IMG/VR virus record: IMGVR_UViG_3300015202_000005
Coordinates: 1,947-65,946 of that record
Origin: a virus
Length of the DNA stretch: 64,000 nucleotides
Direction: 5' to 3' (one strand)
This document shows positions 1 to 9,302 of the stretch, in pieces. Each line of letters begins with the position of its first letter. Position 1 is the first letter of the stretch. Below the pieces are notes generated by a model. The model was not told the origin of the DNA and searched no databases. It saw only the letters and a program-made list of their open reading frames with translations. The position numbers and the translations under genes were made by a program.

Positions 1-59
1 ATTCTACTTGCATCTATAAGTTCTGATGCTGTAACTACTTCTGAAAAAAGCATAGTTAT

Positions 60-734
60 TTATTTATTAGTTAAAAAATTAGTAAGTTCGCCATTTAAAT
101 TATTAAAACTATTTGCACCATTATTAATAAGTAAATCAATACCCATACTTTGTAATGACAATATAGTATCAAATTTATAAGGTATTAATGATTTTTTATT
201 ACCACTTAATACTACCATAATATTGCTATTAACAATGTAGGTTTCTCGTTGTCTCCAAATTCCTATTTTATCTACTATAACTGATACTAATTTCATATTA
301 CCATTATAGGTTAATAAAATATCAGTTAATCCTTTATCATACATTACTTCACACCAAGATAATTCTTCTGATATAAATGCTTTAATCTCTTGGTCATTTA
401 ATTTTAATTTGTCTTTATCTAAATACCTATTAACACTTTGTAAATTTACACAAGCTAGCATTACTATAAACTTTCTAAACAATTCTACTTTTTCTACATT
501 TATAATTCTTTTAGTTTGTAAACCATAATGAGATTCTTTTAAAGATTTTAACTTTATAATATAATTATGATTTTTTAAATCATCAAAACTTACAAGCTCA
601 ACCTTATTAATACGTCTTACTAAAAACTTAACTACGCTTTCTGCGAGTTCGTTATTTTTAAGTAATGCTACCATAAATATCCCTGTTCCACCACCTATTG
701 CTATCCATAAATCTGTTGCTAAATTAACTTGCAT
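60..734 (-). CDS. hypothetical protein with N-terminal hydrophobic segment
   Basis: 224-aa ORF co-oriented with the structural operon; N-terminal LWIAIGGGTGIFMVALL. Confidence 0.6.
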   Translation of the reverse strand: MQVNLATDLWIAIGGGTGIFMVALLKNNELAESVVKFLVRRINKVELVSFDDLKNHNYIIKLKSLKESHYGLQTKRIINVEKVELFRKFIVMLACVNLQSVNRYLDKDKLKLNDQEIKAFISEELSWCEVMYDKGLTDILLTYNGNMKLVSVIVDKIGIWRQRETYIVNSNIMVVLSGNKKSLIPYKFDTILSLQSMGIDLLINNGANSFNNLNGELTNFLTNK

Positions 735-739
735 TATTT

Positions 740-1594
740 CTATTTTAATTTATTATAAGTTCCCTCAATTTGTAAACAAACTGATTCTAGTGCTTTAGCA
801 TCTACTGTTGGATTTACGTATCCTAGTCCTCTTAATTCATTAATATCATAAATATTGTTTACATAAGGAAACAATGTAATAGGGGTATTTGATATATTAT
901 AACTGTATACTTTTGCTGCTATATAATAACGTTCCATCATTATATTAATAACACTAATTTGTGGTATTGTTAAATAGTAATAATCTAAACCTAATAATAA
1001 AGACAAAGCATCATTTGCAAACTGTTGTATAAATGTAAGATTTATACTACCTATAATATTGCAATTATACGCTGTTCTTCCACTTACAGGGAGAAACGAA
1101 TATTGTAATAATGCTGTATCTGTAAATACACTATTTATATAACTAATACCATTACTATAAAAATCTGTTGTTATACTTTCTACATTTTGTACTACACAAT
1201 CATGTGTATATAACACAAGGGCTTCGTTATTAATATATGTTTGATTTCTAATAAAAAATACATCACTATTAATATGTATAAATGGCAATGTTTCTGTTAA
1301 TATACTTGTTAGTTTAGCTATTAATGGTAAACCATTTGGAACAGCATTACCATTACGTAATAACAATGAATCATAAACATTATGTATTTCATCAAACGCT
1401 ATAAAACCCTGATTAACAAATCTCTCAATACCTGCTGTATCTGAATAAAATACAGTTGTACCAAAATGTCGCTTTGCTTGCATTACAGCAAGTTTAAAAC
1501 TTACTAGTTCATAATATGAAGTAGTATAACCATCAGTAGCCAATGCTGGATTATTAGTTATTGGTTGTGACCAATATGTAAATACTGCTCTCAT
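740..1594 (-). CDS. DUF6734-like (glycosyltransferase-like) protein
   Basis: Motif order FTYWS...VFYSD..G...LAKL...PFIHINSDVF resembles the Bacteroidota DUF6734 family; the DxD position reads NSD. Confidence 0.5.
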   Translation of the reverse strand: MRAVFTYWSQPITNNPALATDGYTTSYYELVSFKLAVMQAKRHFGTTVFYSDTAGIERFVNQGFIAFDEIHNVYDSLLLRNGNAVPNGLPLIAKLTSILTETLPFIHINSDVFFIRNQTYINNEALVLYTHDCVVQNVESITTDFYSNGISYINSVFTDTALLQYSFLPVSGRTAYNCNIIGSINLTFIQQFANDALSLLLGLDYYYLTIPQISVINIMMERYYIAAKVYSYNISNTPITLFPYVNNIYDINELRGLGYVNPTVDAKALESVCLQIEGTYNKLK

Positions 1595-1599
1595 ATCAT

Positions 1600-2055
1600 T
1601 TAATAATTTAATAATGCAATTCCAATAGCTGTTTGATTAATACTTTGTTGAATTGGGTATACAGGTGTTGTTGGATTAAATGTGTTATTATAACTTGGGT
1701 CATGTATATCTGTCGGTAATACTAAATCATTTCTATAAGTTGTATTACCAAACCATTCATCAAATTGAACAGGACTATTTGTATAATAATGACGCATTAA
1801 ATCAAACTTCCATTTTACACTGAAATCAACTGTATTATATTCTCTTCTATTATTATTAACATCTTGTACAATTAAACCACAATAGGCTTTTAATAAACAT
1901 TGTTTTATTAATAACAATTTCTCTTGTTTAGTATCTACCGAATATTTTTGTTTATTAAGCATAAATTTGTACTGTTCAAATAACGTAGTATATGCATAAT
2001 TTGCACTTACATTATTATCGTAATTTTTTGCTTCTAATACGTCATCAATTATCAT
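1600..2055 (-). CDS. hypothetical protein (virion module)
   Basis: 151-aa ORF tightly packed in the operon. Confidence 0.6.
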   Translation of the reverse strand: MIIDDVLEAKNYDNNVSANYAYTTLFEQYKFMLNKQKYSVDTKQEKLLLIKQCLLKAYCGLIVQDVNNNRREYNTVDFSVKWKFDLMRHYYTNSPVQFDEWFGNTTYRNDLVLPTDIHDPSYNNTFNPTTPVYPIQQSINQTAIGIALLNY

Positions 2056-3533
2056 TTTTTAAGGTTTAGTATAGATGAAATAATTGAGTTCCATTGAATC
2101 ATTTGAACATCAAAATCAGGTCTGAAATCACTGTAAGATAAGTCAGAAGCAAAGAACTTTTTAAGCGAAACTTCTAACATAGAAGTTAAAAAAAAGTACC
2201 TTGAATAAGCTGAAAATGGCTCACATTGACACGACTTTTTACCACAGCTACATTGTAATTTTAGTGTACTTTCTATATTCTCTTCTATTGCATTACTTAT
2301 TATATTTGCTGCATTTTCATAGGCTACAAAAGGATATGTAACACCATTAATAATGGCTTTATGAAAACCATCAGCTGTAACAAAGTTTAATACGTCGTTA
2401 TAGTTTAAAGTTTGATTTAGGGTTTCAACAAATGTTGTTCCATTAAATTCTTGAATACTTACTACTTGAGATGTAGTTGTATTATTTAATATTCTAAAAC
2501 TATTAAGTCCTAGATTTCTAATAGTTATAGAACTATTAGATATTAAATCTAATGTTTTAAATGTGTTTGCATATTGGTTTAAATATACAGAGTATTTAAT
2601 ACGGTATCTAGTTGCTTTTGTTAACTGAATTAAATTGTAGTAATACGTTACTGAATTATCAGTAATCTGTGGTACTACTTTTATAAACGTTCTATCTACT
2701 TTTTGTAAAAAGTAATCATATACCTCAACACCTAATGTTAAAGAGGCATAAGGCATATTTGTTGTACCATTAATTAAAAACTTAGTAACATTTGTATAGT
2801 TAACTAAATAATTAAGTACTTGCGTTTTATCAAATAAAGAATTGCCTGTATTTACATAAGCATTGTACTCTGGATATAATACAATACTAAAAGGTGTAAA
2901 AGTTGAAGTACAACTGTTTACTATACTACTTAATATATTGTTTCCATTATTATCTTTATTATAAGTAATAACTGTATTAAATACAGGTAATAATGTGTTG
3001 CTAATGTAGTTTTGATTAGTACCTAATACTACACTATTTTCAGTCCAAGATTGTATACCTGTACAAGAATTTAAATTGTAATAGTAGTTTGTATTTGTAT
3101 TAGGGTCACACAAATATAGTATATTACTGTATGAACCTATCAATGTATTTTTTATTAAAACAATGTTCTCAAAAGGATTGTGACTAAAGTTGTTTACATC
3201 ATAACCATATATACGTATTGTATTTTTATAGCTAATATAACCTGAACAACTTGCCGCTATCGTTACATCTATGTATTCATTAATTAATAGTATAGCATTA
3301 ATTTGAATAATGGAAGTACCTGAAAAGATTGTACGTAGTATTGTAACATTTGTAGTACCTACAATTCCTGCATATATTGTATTTGCAGTTGCAGATGTAT
3401 TTGTTACAATAAGATTTCCATTTATACTAATACTTACTGTTGTAGTATTAGGGTCTAATACAGATAAGGTTTGATTGCATAATAAATGCGCACTTCCCTC
3501 TGTTACTTCCATTACTGCAAATTTGAATATCAT
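2052..3533 (-). CDS. hypothetical virion structural protein
   Basis: 493 aa, Asn/Thr/Ile-rich and beta-like, C-terminal Cys cluster (CSCGKKSCQC); synteny. Confidence 0.55.
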   Translation of the reverse strand: MIFKFAVMEVTEGSAHLLCNQTLSVLDPNTTTVSISINGNLIVTNTSATANTIYAGIVGTTNVTILRTIFSGTSIIQINAILLINEYIDVTIAASCSGYISYKNTIRIYGYDVNNFSHNPFENIVLIKNTLIGSYSNILYLCDPNTNTNYYYNLNSCTGIQSWTENSVVLGTNQNYISNTLLPVFNTVITYNKDNNGNNILSSIVNSCTSTFTPFSIVLYPEYNAYVNTGNSLFDKTQVLNYLVNYTNVTKFLINGTTNMPYASLTLGVEVYDYFLQKVDRTFIKVVPQITDNSVTYYYNLIQLTKATRYRIKYSVYLNQYANTFKTLDLISNSSITIRNLGLNSFRILNNTTTSQVVSIQEFNGTTFVETLNQTLNYNDVLNFVTADGFHKAIINGVTYPFVAYENAANIISNAIEENIESTLKLQCSCGKKSCQCEPFSAYSRYFFLTSMLEVSLKKFFASDLSYSDFRPDFDVQMIQWNSIISSILNLKK

Positions 3534-3543
3534 AATCGTATTA

Positions 3544-4533
3544 CTATGCTGTTAAATTAATAGTATCAATAGTACCTTCTTGGCTACTTTCACCTACAAA
3601 TAAATTACCAAATAATGTTACTAAAGTTCCTTCAATAGCACTACCTGTTGGTACAAATACCTTGAATATTGCAACACCTACATTTCGTACATTTAATGGG
3701 TCAACAATTTCTTGTGACTGTTGAAATGTCCAACCTGTATATGTTGTACCAGCAACAACTAATGATTGTTCTTTAAACCAAAAGTTGTGAGCATAATAAC
3801 GGAAACTGTCTCCCTGTACTAGGAAGCCTTCCTGTTCTTCTAAAGCAACTTGAGTGCTTGTATTACGACCTGAATTAAATAATACAGAACCGTTAGTACC
3901 ATCTGTGTAAACACTTGCACTTGTAGAAATTCCACTAACTCCTACACCGTATACGCGATTATCCTTTGCTGTCAAAGTAATGCCTGTTGTAACACCACCT
4001 AATACAATAGCAGCTGCTGTCATATCACTATTAGTGTTAGCATTAATCATTGCAATCAGTCTGTCAAGAATTTTGTTTGACGTATCAGTTGCATAAGTAA
4101 CCACAGCATAACGACGTGGAATCGTATGAATTAAATAACTAGGTGTCTTTGAATAAATAGAAAAATCAAGTGTTTGACCATCTATAAATACAGATGGAAA
4201 ACCAAATGAACCTACACTTGTTGCAACATTACCAATTGTAATTACTTGAATTGCAGGAGCATGATACAAACTTTTAGTTTGTATTGGTGCGTCTTTCTTA
4301 ATTATTCCTGTTACTTTAAAGTTACCTGGATTTGCTGTTCCACAATATACTTTAAAACCTTTAGCATTAGCAAGTGCTGTATTTGTTGCACCAGCAGGAA
4401 TTAAAATTCCATCTGAATCAACTAAAGCAATTGCACCTGTATCTAATAACCCGACGTCTGATGCTACACTAATTGTACCACCACCACGTTTTGCTAAATA
4501 GCCCACACTCTGCGCAACTATAACTTGTTCCAT
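3544..4533 (-). CDS. putative auxiliary capsid / stabilisation protein
   Basis: 329 aa, Gly/Ala/Thr-rich; third gene downstream of MCP as in the conserved crAss-like gene block. Confidence 0.55.
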   Translation of the reverse strand: MEQVIVAQSVGYLAKRGGGTISVASDVGLLDTGAIALVDSDGILIPAGATNTALANAKGFKVYCGTANPGNFKVTGIIKKDAPIQTKSLYHAPAIQVITIGNVATSVGSFGFPSVFIDGQTLDFSIYSKTPSYLIHTIPRRYAVVTYATDTSNKILDRLIAMINANTNSDMTAAAIVLGGVTTGITLTAKDNRVYGVGVSGISTSASVYTDGTNGSVLFNSGRNTSTQVALEEQEGFLVQGDSFRYYAHNFWFKEQSLVVAGTTYTGWTFQQSQEIVDPLNVRNVGVAIFKVFVPTGSAIEGTLVTLFGNLFVGESSQEGTIDTINLTA

Positions 4534-4534
4534 A

Positions 4535-5587
4535 TTAATTATTATTATTATTATTTAAACTTACCTCGCCTTGTGCATTTGCACCACCAATTCTAAGTGC
4601 TATTGTATAAACAGCTAAATCTACAATTCGTGTTGCTATTGCATTTTTAGAACCATATGTACTTCCTAATTCAGTCGTCTGGTCATTTCTTAAACTAATC
4701 ATTTTAGGATTACGTATGTAATCTAAATTAATAGTTTTAATGCCCTTATCTGGTTTATGTAAATTAAATAGTTTACCTGCTGCAAGTTCTACTACATTAT
4801 TAATTGCACTAGGTCTTGAGAAAGGATTTTGTACTATGTAATTTATATCTTCGTGTGCTACTAATCTATTTGGTATTTCTACTTCATCTTTACCAGAATA
4901 GAATAATACACCTGATACACCTGTTGGCATATAGTCATATTTAAACTCTATACCATTTGCATTTTTATACTTTAAATTTAAACGTTTAAGTAAAAAAGAA
5001 GAATCGCAAGTAACCTTATAAATTCCCTTACCTTCATAAGTTGCATTAATACCTTGCTTTACATTATTAATAGAATCTAATATAAAATTCTTTAAATAGT
5101 AATAAGTATCAACATCAGCTAATAAAGATGTAAGATTTATTGTATCACTTAAATTGCATATCGGAAAATTCGGTATTTCTCTACTTGATATATTAATACT
5201 CAAATCTGTTATTGGTATAACAGGTACTAAAAATTTTATACTAAGTTGTTGATACGCCCTTGTCTGAATATCGCAAGTTATTACACTTCTACTTTCTATA
5301 TACTCCAAGAAATTCTGCGGTAATTCTATACCTACTTTCTTATCATTTATAATATAAGGATATAAAGTATAACCTCTTACTATTAAATTCTCTAGGTCTG
5401 TATAAGTAATCGAATTTGCCTCAAAACCTTTTTGTTTATCTTTATTACGTAAGTACCCACGTATTAAATTTATTTGTGCTTCATTAAGTGCTAAATCAAT
5501 TTCATCCTCACTAAAAGTACCAAAATCATAACTACCTTGTCTTTGAAAGGAAGTCCTGAAATCTATGTGCATTTCTTCTACTCTCAT
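4535..5587 (-). CDS. putative tail ring / head-tail connector protein
   Basis: N-terminal EIDLALNEAQ and C-terminal LDYIRNP motifs typical of crAss-like ring proteins; synteny. Confidence 0.6.
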   Translation of the reverse strand: MRVEEMHIDFRTSFQRQGSYDFGTFSEDEIDLALNEAQINLIRGYLRNKDKQKGFEANSITYTDLENLIVRGYTLYPYIINDKKVGIELPQNFLEYIESRSVITCDIQTRAYQQLSIKFLVPVIPITDLSINISSREIPNFPICNLSDTINLTSLLADVDTYYYLKNFILDSINNVKQGINATYEGKGIYKVTCDSSFLLKRLNLKYKNANGIEFKYDYMPTGVSGVLFYSGKDEVEIPNRLVAHEDINYIVQNPFSRPSAINNVVELAAGKLFNLHKPDKGIKTINLDYIRNPKMISLRNDQTTELGSTYGSKNAIATRIVDLAVYTIALRIGGANAQGEVSLNNNNNN

Positions 5588-5589
5588 AA

Positions 5590-6492
5590 CTATAATTGTG
5601 AATATTTAACTCTTAATGTTTCTTTGGTTACGGCGTTTTCTGCTAAGTTTAACCACAATACAGCTTTATCTAAATTAGGAGCAATAGGAACATTATCATA
5701 CATAACAGATGTAGTACCTAATGGTCTATATAAGAAACCTACTCGTATATAACGTTCAATCATTGCTTTATCAGTTATACTTTTATCCTTAGCTATTTCT
5801 AAAAATGTCGTAGGTTGTTCTTCTGAAAATTTAGCAAGCTGAATACGTAATTCAGTAATTGTCCCTGTATAAGGTAAGCCGCCAAGTAATAGCACATCTT
5901 TAACTAATACTTCATCTCTCTGTATTTGCATACGTTTAATAATAGCCTCGTCTTTTAAATCTTGGCTTTCTTTTTCACGTTTAATCTGCTCTTCTCTACT
6001 CCATAAATAAGCACGTATTCTTCCACTTTTAGAAACGTCATCTTTTGAATTAGCTACCTCACCATACTTTAAACAGTAATGATATAATATATAGTGAAAA
6101 TAATCAATAGGAGTTCCTACTCTATCTTCTACATTTATATGTCTTGTACTAACATTTAATTCCATACCTCCATAAGGTATTGCAACTAAAAAATTATGCC
6201 AATATTCATCTAACTTACTATCCCATTCAATATGACTATTAGATACACCAACAACCTTTGGCATAAGACGACGTTCCTCTTCTTCACTAAATATCGTTCG
6301 ACCTAAAGGTCTGTTGCTAGTTCTAGATGCGTGAGCACCCCCTATATATACACGATAATCTTCTGCGGAACTAACAGACATTCCTACTTCTGGAAGTATT
6401 GATTGTCTGTGTCGTCTTAATAACCAAATTTTCTTTTCTTTTGTATAAGGATATTTAGTTTCTATTGCCACAACGGCTACTTTCTCTTCCAT
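5590..6492 (-). CDS. conserved crAss-like protein immediately downstream of MCP
   Basis: 300 aa; position; YILYHYCL..GEVA-type motif. Confidence 0.6.
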   Translation of the reverse strand: MEEKVAVVAIETKYPYTKEKKIWLLRRHRQSILPEVGMSVSSAEDYRVYIGGAHASRTSNRPLGRTIFSEEEERRLMPKVVGVSNSHIEWDSKLDEYWHNFLVAIPYGGMELNVSTRHINVEDRVGTPIDYFHYILYHYCLKYGEVANSKDDVSKSGRIRAYLWSREEQIKREKESQDLKDEAIIKRMQIQRDEVLVKDVLLLGGLPYTGTITELRIQLAKFSEEQPTTFLEIAKDKSITDKAMIERYIRVGFLYRPLGTTSVMYDNVPIAPNLDKAVLWLNLAENAVTKETLRVKYSQL

Positions 6493-6512
6493 TATTGTTT
6501 ATTTATAAATTA

Positions 6513-8006
6513 TTAATAACCTGTAATTGATGGTAGTAATTTAAACGAGTGCGTATCTTTTAACATTTGAATACCCAATGTACACATATAATGTATACTA
6601 GATTGGTCTTGCTCAGTTGCTAAAGATAGCATATTCATATTACTTGTATAAGCACTATCACTATAACCACCACCTCTTAGTTGTGACATACCTTGATGTA
6701 CTCCACGAATCTCTTGACGACCTTCTTCATGTACCATCATTAAATTCTTTTGACCATCATAAGTAGACATATCTACAAAGTATGCTTCATAAGATGATAG
6801 TGGAAATGATGATGTTGGATGTTTACCAGAACGGTCTGCATATGCACCTACATCTAAAAAAGGTAAACGACGTAATGTAATAATATGTCCGTCAACATGT
6901 TTGTAAGATGTAAAATATCCACCTAGTTGTAAACCATCTCCTGACTTACGTACAAAATTATCAGTAAAGCCTTGACCTGCTGATACAATTGTAAATAACG
7001 CACTGCCTTTCATTGCAATATCAAACTCCTCTTGAAAACCACTACCACAAAAGATTTCAACTTTCATTAAATCAGTGTCTGCAACACCTCTAAATACATC
7101 ACCTACAATTTGACGAATTAATTTCTCGCTTAACTTAGTATAAGTCGCATCATTAACAATCTGTTCCATTAACCCAGAACCTTCTGGTACAGGTAATTGT
7201 AAATCATTATCAATACGTACAATGTTACCATTGTTGTCTCTGTTGTATTTAGATGTCCATAACGTCATTTCTTTGCGTTCTTTCCAAGCAATCATTTGTT
7301 GTAACTCTACGTGTTCTAACCAGTAACTAGTCATACCGTTTGTAGAATTAACAATTTGAAACTCTACCTTTTTGTTACTAATATTACCTGCAATTCTGTA
7401 AGATTGACGTAGTAAAGAAATCTGATTTTTACGTCTACCTGGTGTCTGATGCGGCTCATATGTTCCCATCGAACGTGATTCAGTTACTGCATTACCACCA
7501 ACTCTACCCCAAATTGCACCTGAAATCATATCAGAATAAGGAATAGTTGCACTTCTATCAGCACCACTTAATTTTAACTCATAACGATAACCATTAGATA
7601 CAGGTGTAGGCTCTGAAAGTACATAAGCCTGTGCGCCACTTGCACTAATTAAAGCCGAACCTTTTGGAAACCATTTAGAAGCAAATACAACATATACAGG
7701 CTCTAAATACAAACCAATTGTATCAGTTGAACTGTAAGATGTTTCTACTACTGTTTCTGTTGTTTTTAAACGACCCATTACGTTGTACTCGTATTGGATA
7801 TTGTTTATTCCTTTACTACCACCTTCTGCTCCTTCTGTCAAGAATGACAATGGAAATCTGTTAGAGTAGTTACCTGTTAACATTGTAACAAGTGGTGTTA
7901 GAATATCTGGTCTATCTTGCATAGCCCTTACTAACGAATTCTGGTCTGTAAATCCACTAGTATCATAACCTTCTGGATGTACAACTATATTTGACCTTAT
8001 ACTCAT
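6513..8006 (-). CDS. major capsid protein
   Basis: 497 aa; order TerL-portal-scaffold-MCP; N-terminal GFTDQNSL and Gly-rich HK97-like pattern of crAss-like MCPs. Confidence 0.85.
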   Translation of the reverse strand: MSIRSNIVVHPEGYDTSGFTDQNSLVRAMQDRPDILTPLVTMLTGNYSNRFPLSFLTEGAEGGSKGINNIQYEYNVMGRLKTTETVVETSYSSTDTIGLYLEPVYVVFASKWFPKGSALISASGAQAYVLSEPTPVSNGYRYELKLSGADRSATIPYSDMISGAIWGRVGGNAVTESRSMGTYEPHQTPGRRKNQISLLRQSYRIAGNISNKKVEFQIVNSTNGMTSYWLEHVELQQMIAWKERKEMTLWTSKYNRDNNGNIVRIDNDLQLPVPEGSGLMEQIVNDATYTKLSEKLIRQIVGDVFRGVADTDLMKVEIFCGSGFQEEFDIAMKGSALFTIVSAGQGFTDNFVRKSGDGLQLGGYFTSYKHVDGHIITLRRLPFLDVGAYADRSGKHPTSSFPLSSYEAYFVDMSTYDGQKNLMMVHEEGRQEIRGVHQGMSQLRGGGYSDSAYTSNMNMLSLATEQDQSSIHYMCTLGIQMLKDTHSFKLLPSITGY

Positions 8007-8038
8007 AATTATTAATTAAATTAAAAAATTCCTGTTAT

Positions 8039-9301
8039 CTAAACTATATTATTAAGTCGCAAATTGTCATAGTTTTTAGGATTGTTAATTCTTGTAGTTG
8101 GTATACTACTTTCAGTAGTAACCTTTGCTAAACGCCTACGCAGATTATCAACCTGTTGATTTTGTATTGCTTTTTTAACTACTGTATCTAAGTTTAAACC
8201 TTTAAACAAAAAGTAATCAATCTTTAATCTTTGTTCAGTAGCTAATGTCTCATACGCAGATATTGCTTTAGTCTTACCATTACCAGAATCTTTACCTATA
8301 AAATCAAAAAACGATTGACGCTCATTCTCTGGTATTGCAATATCTTCTAATTTGCCTTTCATTACTATTTCTCTTACACCTGTCCAATGTTTATCTGTAC
8401 TTTCTTTTAATCGCTGCACTTCATTAACACGTTCAGTTTCCTCATACTTAGTATTGTTTATGCTCCAATTCTTTAAACCATCAATAGCTACTTTAACTAA
8501 CTCTTTAGATTGTCCTGAATCAATTGCCATTTTAATAAAAGCATTTGCAGATGTTTCATCTAAATTTGATACTTTAGTATAATACTCTAATAAAGCTAGT
8601 TTAACTTGATTAGGATTAGCTTCGTCTATTTGTAAGTTAGAATAGTCTGGTGTTTGTAATTTTGATTGATAAAAATCTAATGGGTTTTTCCCTGTAATAA
8701 TATGCTCCATCAATGCCTTAACTTCTGGCATCTGTTCTATCGTTTGCTTAAACTTAGTTTCATAAGATTTATTAGCAACATATTCTGTTAATGCTTTTAT
8801 ACTTTCACCATCATCTGTAAACTCTAAACTTGCACCATTTGCATCTTTAAAGTCAAAACCCTTTTCTGTATAATAATCTAATACAGACTTTAATCTAGAT
8901 TCTGGTTTTAATACAATAATACCATCTTTATCTTCTGTATAATCGCCTTTCTTTTTTACTATTGTACCATCTTCTTGTACTAAATCTCCTGTGTCTTCAT
9001 TAATATAGTAAACAGGTTCAATAGCTTTTGCTTCTGTATTTACTTGTTGTTCAGTAGGTCTGCTTTGTAACTCTTTAAGTTTTTGAATACCAGCTGCTTT
9101 ATCTAATATTACATTACCTGTATTATTAATTAAATTACCATTAACATCAAAAACAAAACCTCCTAATTCCTTTGCATTATCACTAGTATACATTGCTGTA
9201 TCAAAACTTTCATTTTGTGTTACAACAGGTTGTGCTAATGGAGTTGCTTCTCTATGTGCCGAACTTAACGATAAGTTATCGTAACTTGTATCACCTGACA
9301 T
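8039..9301 (-). CDS. putative capsid scaffolding protein
   Basis: Between portal and MCP; acidic, D.NGN/DG turn repeats, helical C-terminus. Confidence 0.6.
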   Translation of the reverse strand: MSGDTSYDNLSLSSAHREATPLAQPVVTQNESFDTAMYTSDNAKELGGFVFDVNGNLINNTGNVILDKAAGIQKLKELQSRPTEQQVNTEAKAIEPVYYINEDTGDLVQEDGTIVKKKGDYTEDKDGIIVLKPESRLKSVLDYYTEKGFDFKDANGASLEFTDDGESIKALTEYVANKSYETKFKQTIEQMPEVKALMEHIITGKNPLDFYQSKLQTPDYSNLQIDEANPNQVKLALLEYYTKVSNLDETSANAFIKMAIDSGQSKELVKVAIDGLKNWSINNTKYEETERVNEVQRLKESTDKHWTGVREIVMKGKLEDIAIPENERQSFFDFIGKDSGNGKTKAISAYETLATEQRLKIDYFLFKGLNLDTVVKKAIQNQQVDNLRRRLAKVTTESSIPTTRINNPKNYDNLRLNNIV

Positions 9302-9302
9302 A

